Source: Macrostomum lignano (Eukaryota). Taken from it: 64,000 bases of DNA. The translations under genes were made by a program, and so were the position numbers. Below, piece by piece: positions 62,761 to 64,000 of the stretch. Location: the NCBI GenBank assembly GCA_002269645.1, contig NIVC01003124.1:1-64000 (forward strand). The letters run 5' to 3'. The notes under the pieces are model-generated. The model did not search any database, was not told the origin of the DNA, and saw only the letters and a program-made list of their open reading frames with translations. The first letter of the stretch is position 1; each line of letters opens with the position of its first letter.

Positions 62761-63783
62761 ATGGATCACAACGAAGGTTCCGTGTTGCTGGATGTAAAGA
62801 AGAAAATTGCCGACGTACTTGCTAGCATCAATGCTATCTTACTGTACCCAGCACATCGGGGCTGTCCAGTGCCTTGTGTGCATATTGAGAGTGTAGTGAC
62901 ATCTTACTGACGCTTACTAGGAGCAGAAATCCCACTCGCTGACTGCAGATGTGGCAGCGTTGGCGAGCTGGTAGGCAGTTACAGTCAAAGAATCGGCACA
63001 GACAGTGTGTGGCTTTGACTCACGGATTCTGTGGCCGGAGCCAGCGTCACTAGTCAACCAGATTTGCCAGGCAGGGCCAAAGCCGGCGGCGTGGCGCAAC
63101 TGACAGTGGCCAGATGCTAATGTCGACGCCGTTCTGAAGCAGTGGCAGTGGTACCTATCATCTCGTAAATTGCCCCTCAAAAAGCCGCCGCATCGGTCGC
63201 CTGTGAATTCTGGACCGGAAATATATGTCACCGCTAATCAGTCGAAACACTTGGCGGCGCAGTTGAGTTTTGAAAGCCACCAGCACGAGGCGGCGGCTTC
63301 CAGTCAGTGCGGCTGCAGTGCAATCAGCGCTGTACAGCAATGGCCTCTGCGGATGCTCCGCGACGTCCTCGGTCTCCTCACAACCGCCGTAGAAAGTTCA
63401 AACGAATCTCAGCATGGCTCCGGCTGCTGTGCTGGAGCTGCTCATTGTCGTTCAAGTCGGCTTATGGGACGTTCTCCAGCGTGGCTGCGGCCTTAACTGT
63501 TGCTTCCACCTGATCAGATGTTGGGCTCGGGAACTGGATATGGGCCTGCGCTTGTCAGAAAAAAATCGGGAATAGGAAAACCCACCATTATGGGCACGGA
63601 GCCCTTGGCTGACCGAGCGGACGCTCTGATAGCGCTACTCTGTCAGGAGGCAGGCAGATTCCATGTGGCCTATCAGCGCGAAAGTGGTTGGAAAGACCTC
63701 ATTGGTTTCCTGCTCCAGATGCTGCTGAAGGAGGGCATTCCCCATGGCTACTGCACAACGGATAATATCGCTGTGGTGTGGAG
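62761..63783 (+). pseudogene. Decayed LOTUS (OST-HTH)-like protein gene, possibly TDRD5/7-like; may continue past the window end
   Basis: From ATG 62761: LASINAILLYPAHRGCPV..VVTSY*RLLGAEIPLADCRCGSVGELVGSY resembles a LOTUS domain; in-frame stops at 62908, 63016, 63118, 63166; donor-like GAG|GTAAG near 63783. Confidence 0.4.
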
Positions 63784-64000
63784 GTAAGATAGTGTAGCTT
63801 TAGTGCGCAATTAATGGTCCGCAACTCAGCACTACTGGCAGTGTCTAGCACAGGCCTTACCTCGCGGGGGCTCATTTTTTACCCTGATGAGCCGATGCCC
63901 GACACGGCGGCTGGCGTTGCGAGCACCATGGCCAGCCTCGAACCGCAGCCGGATTCCGAGCTGAACACCGCAAGGGCGAAAGGGTGTATTAAACTGACAA

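Overview
Eukaryotic (metazoan) genomic DNA with spliceosomal GT-AG introns, most of them filled by minisatellites. The architecture resembles the free-living flatworm Macrostomum, but that species call is an inference. I assembled seven protein-coding genes exon by exon with consistent splice phases: UBE2Z (+), a membrane-anchored tyrosinase (+), a bacterial-type RimK-like ATP-grasp ligase with introns (-), DRAP1/NC2-alpha (+), TMEM35/NACHO (+), a ZNF423/521 (Oaz)-like zinc-finger gene (-) and POLR3B/RPC2 (-). The POLR3B copy has a frameshifting ~32-nt deletion in its last exon. A decayed LOTUS-like gene lies at the right end. Mobile DNA includes two nested DNA transposons with 8-bp TSDs in DRAP1 intron 1 (the inner one with CCC-starting TIRs and a frameshifted hAT-like transposase), a hAT MITE, Harbinger-like MITEs, a Penelope RT relic, a MIR/CORE-type SINE family and a second tRNA-SINE family. 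The most notable signals are the possible horizontally acquired ATP-grasp gene next to tyrosinase, five perfect EBF/COE sites around the Oaz-like gene, the broken POLR3B, and near-total CpG loss in transposon relics. Family assignments come from recalled motifs, not database searches.
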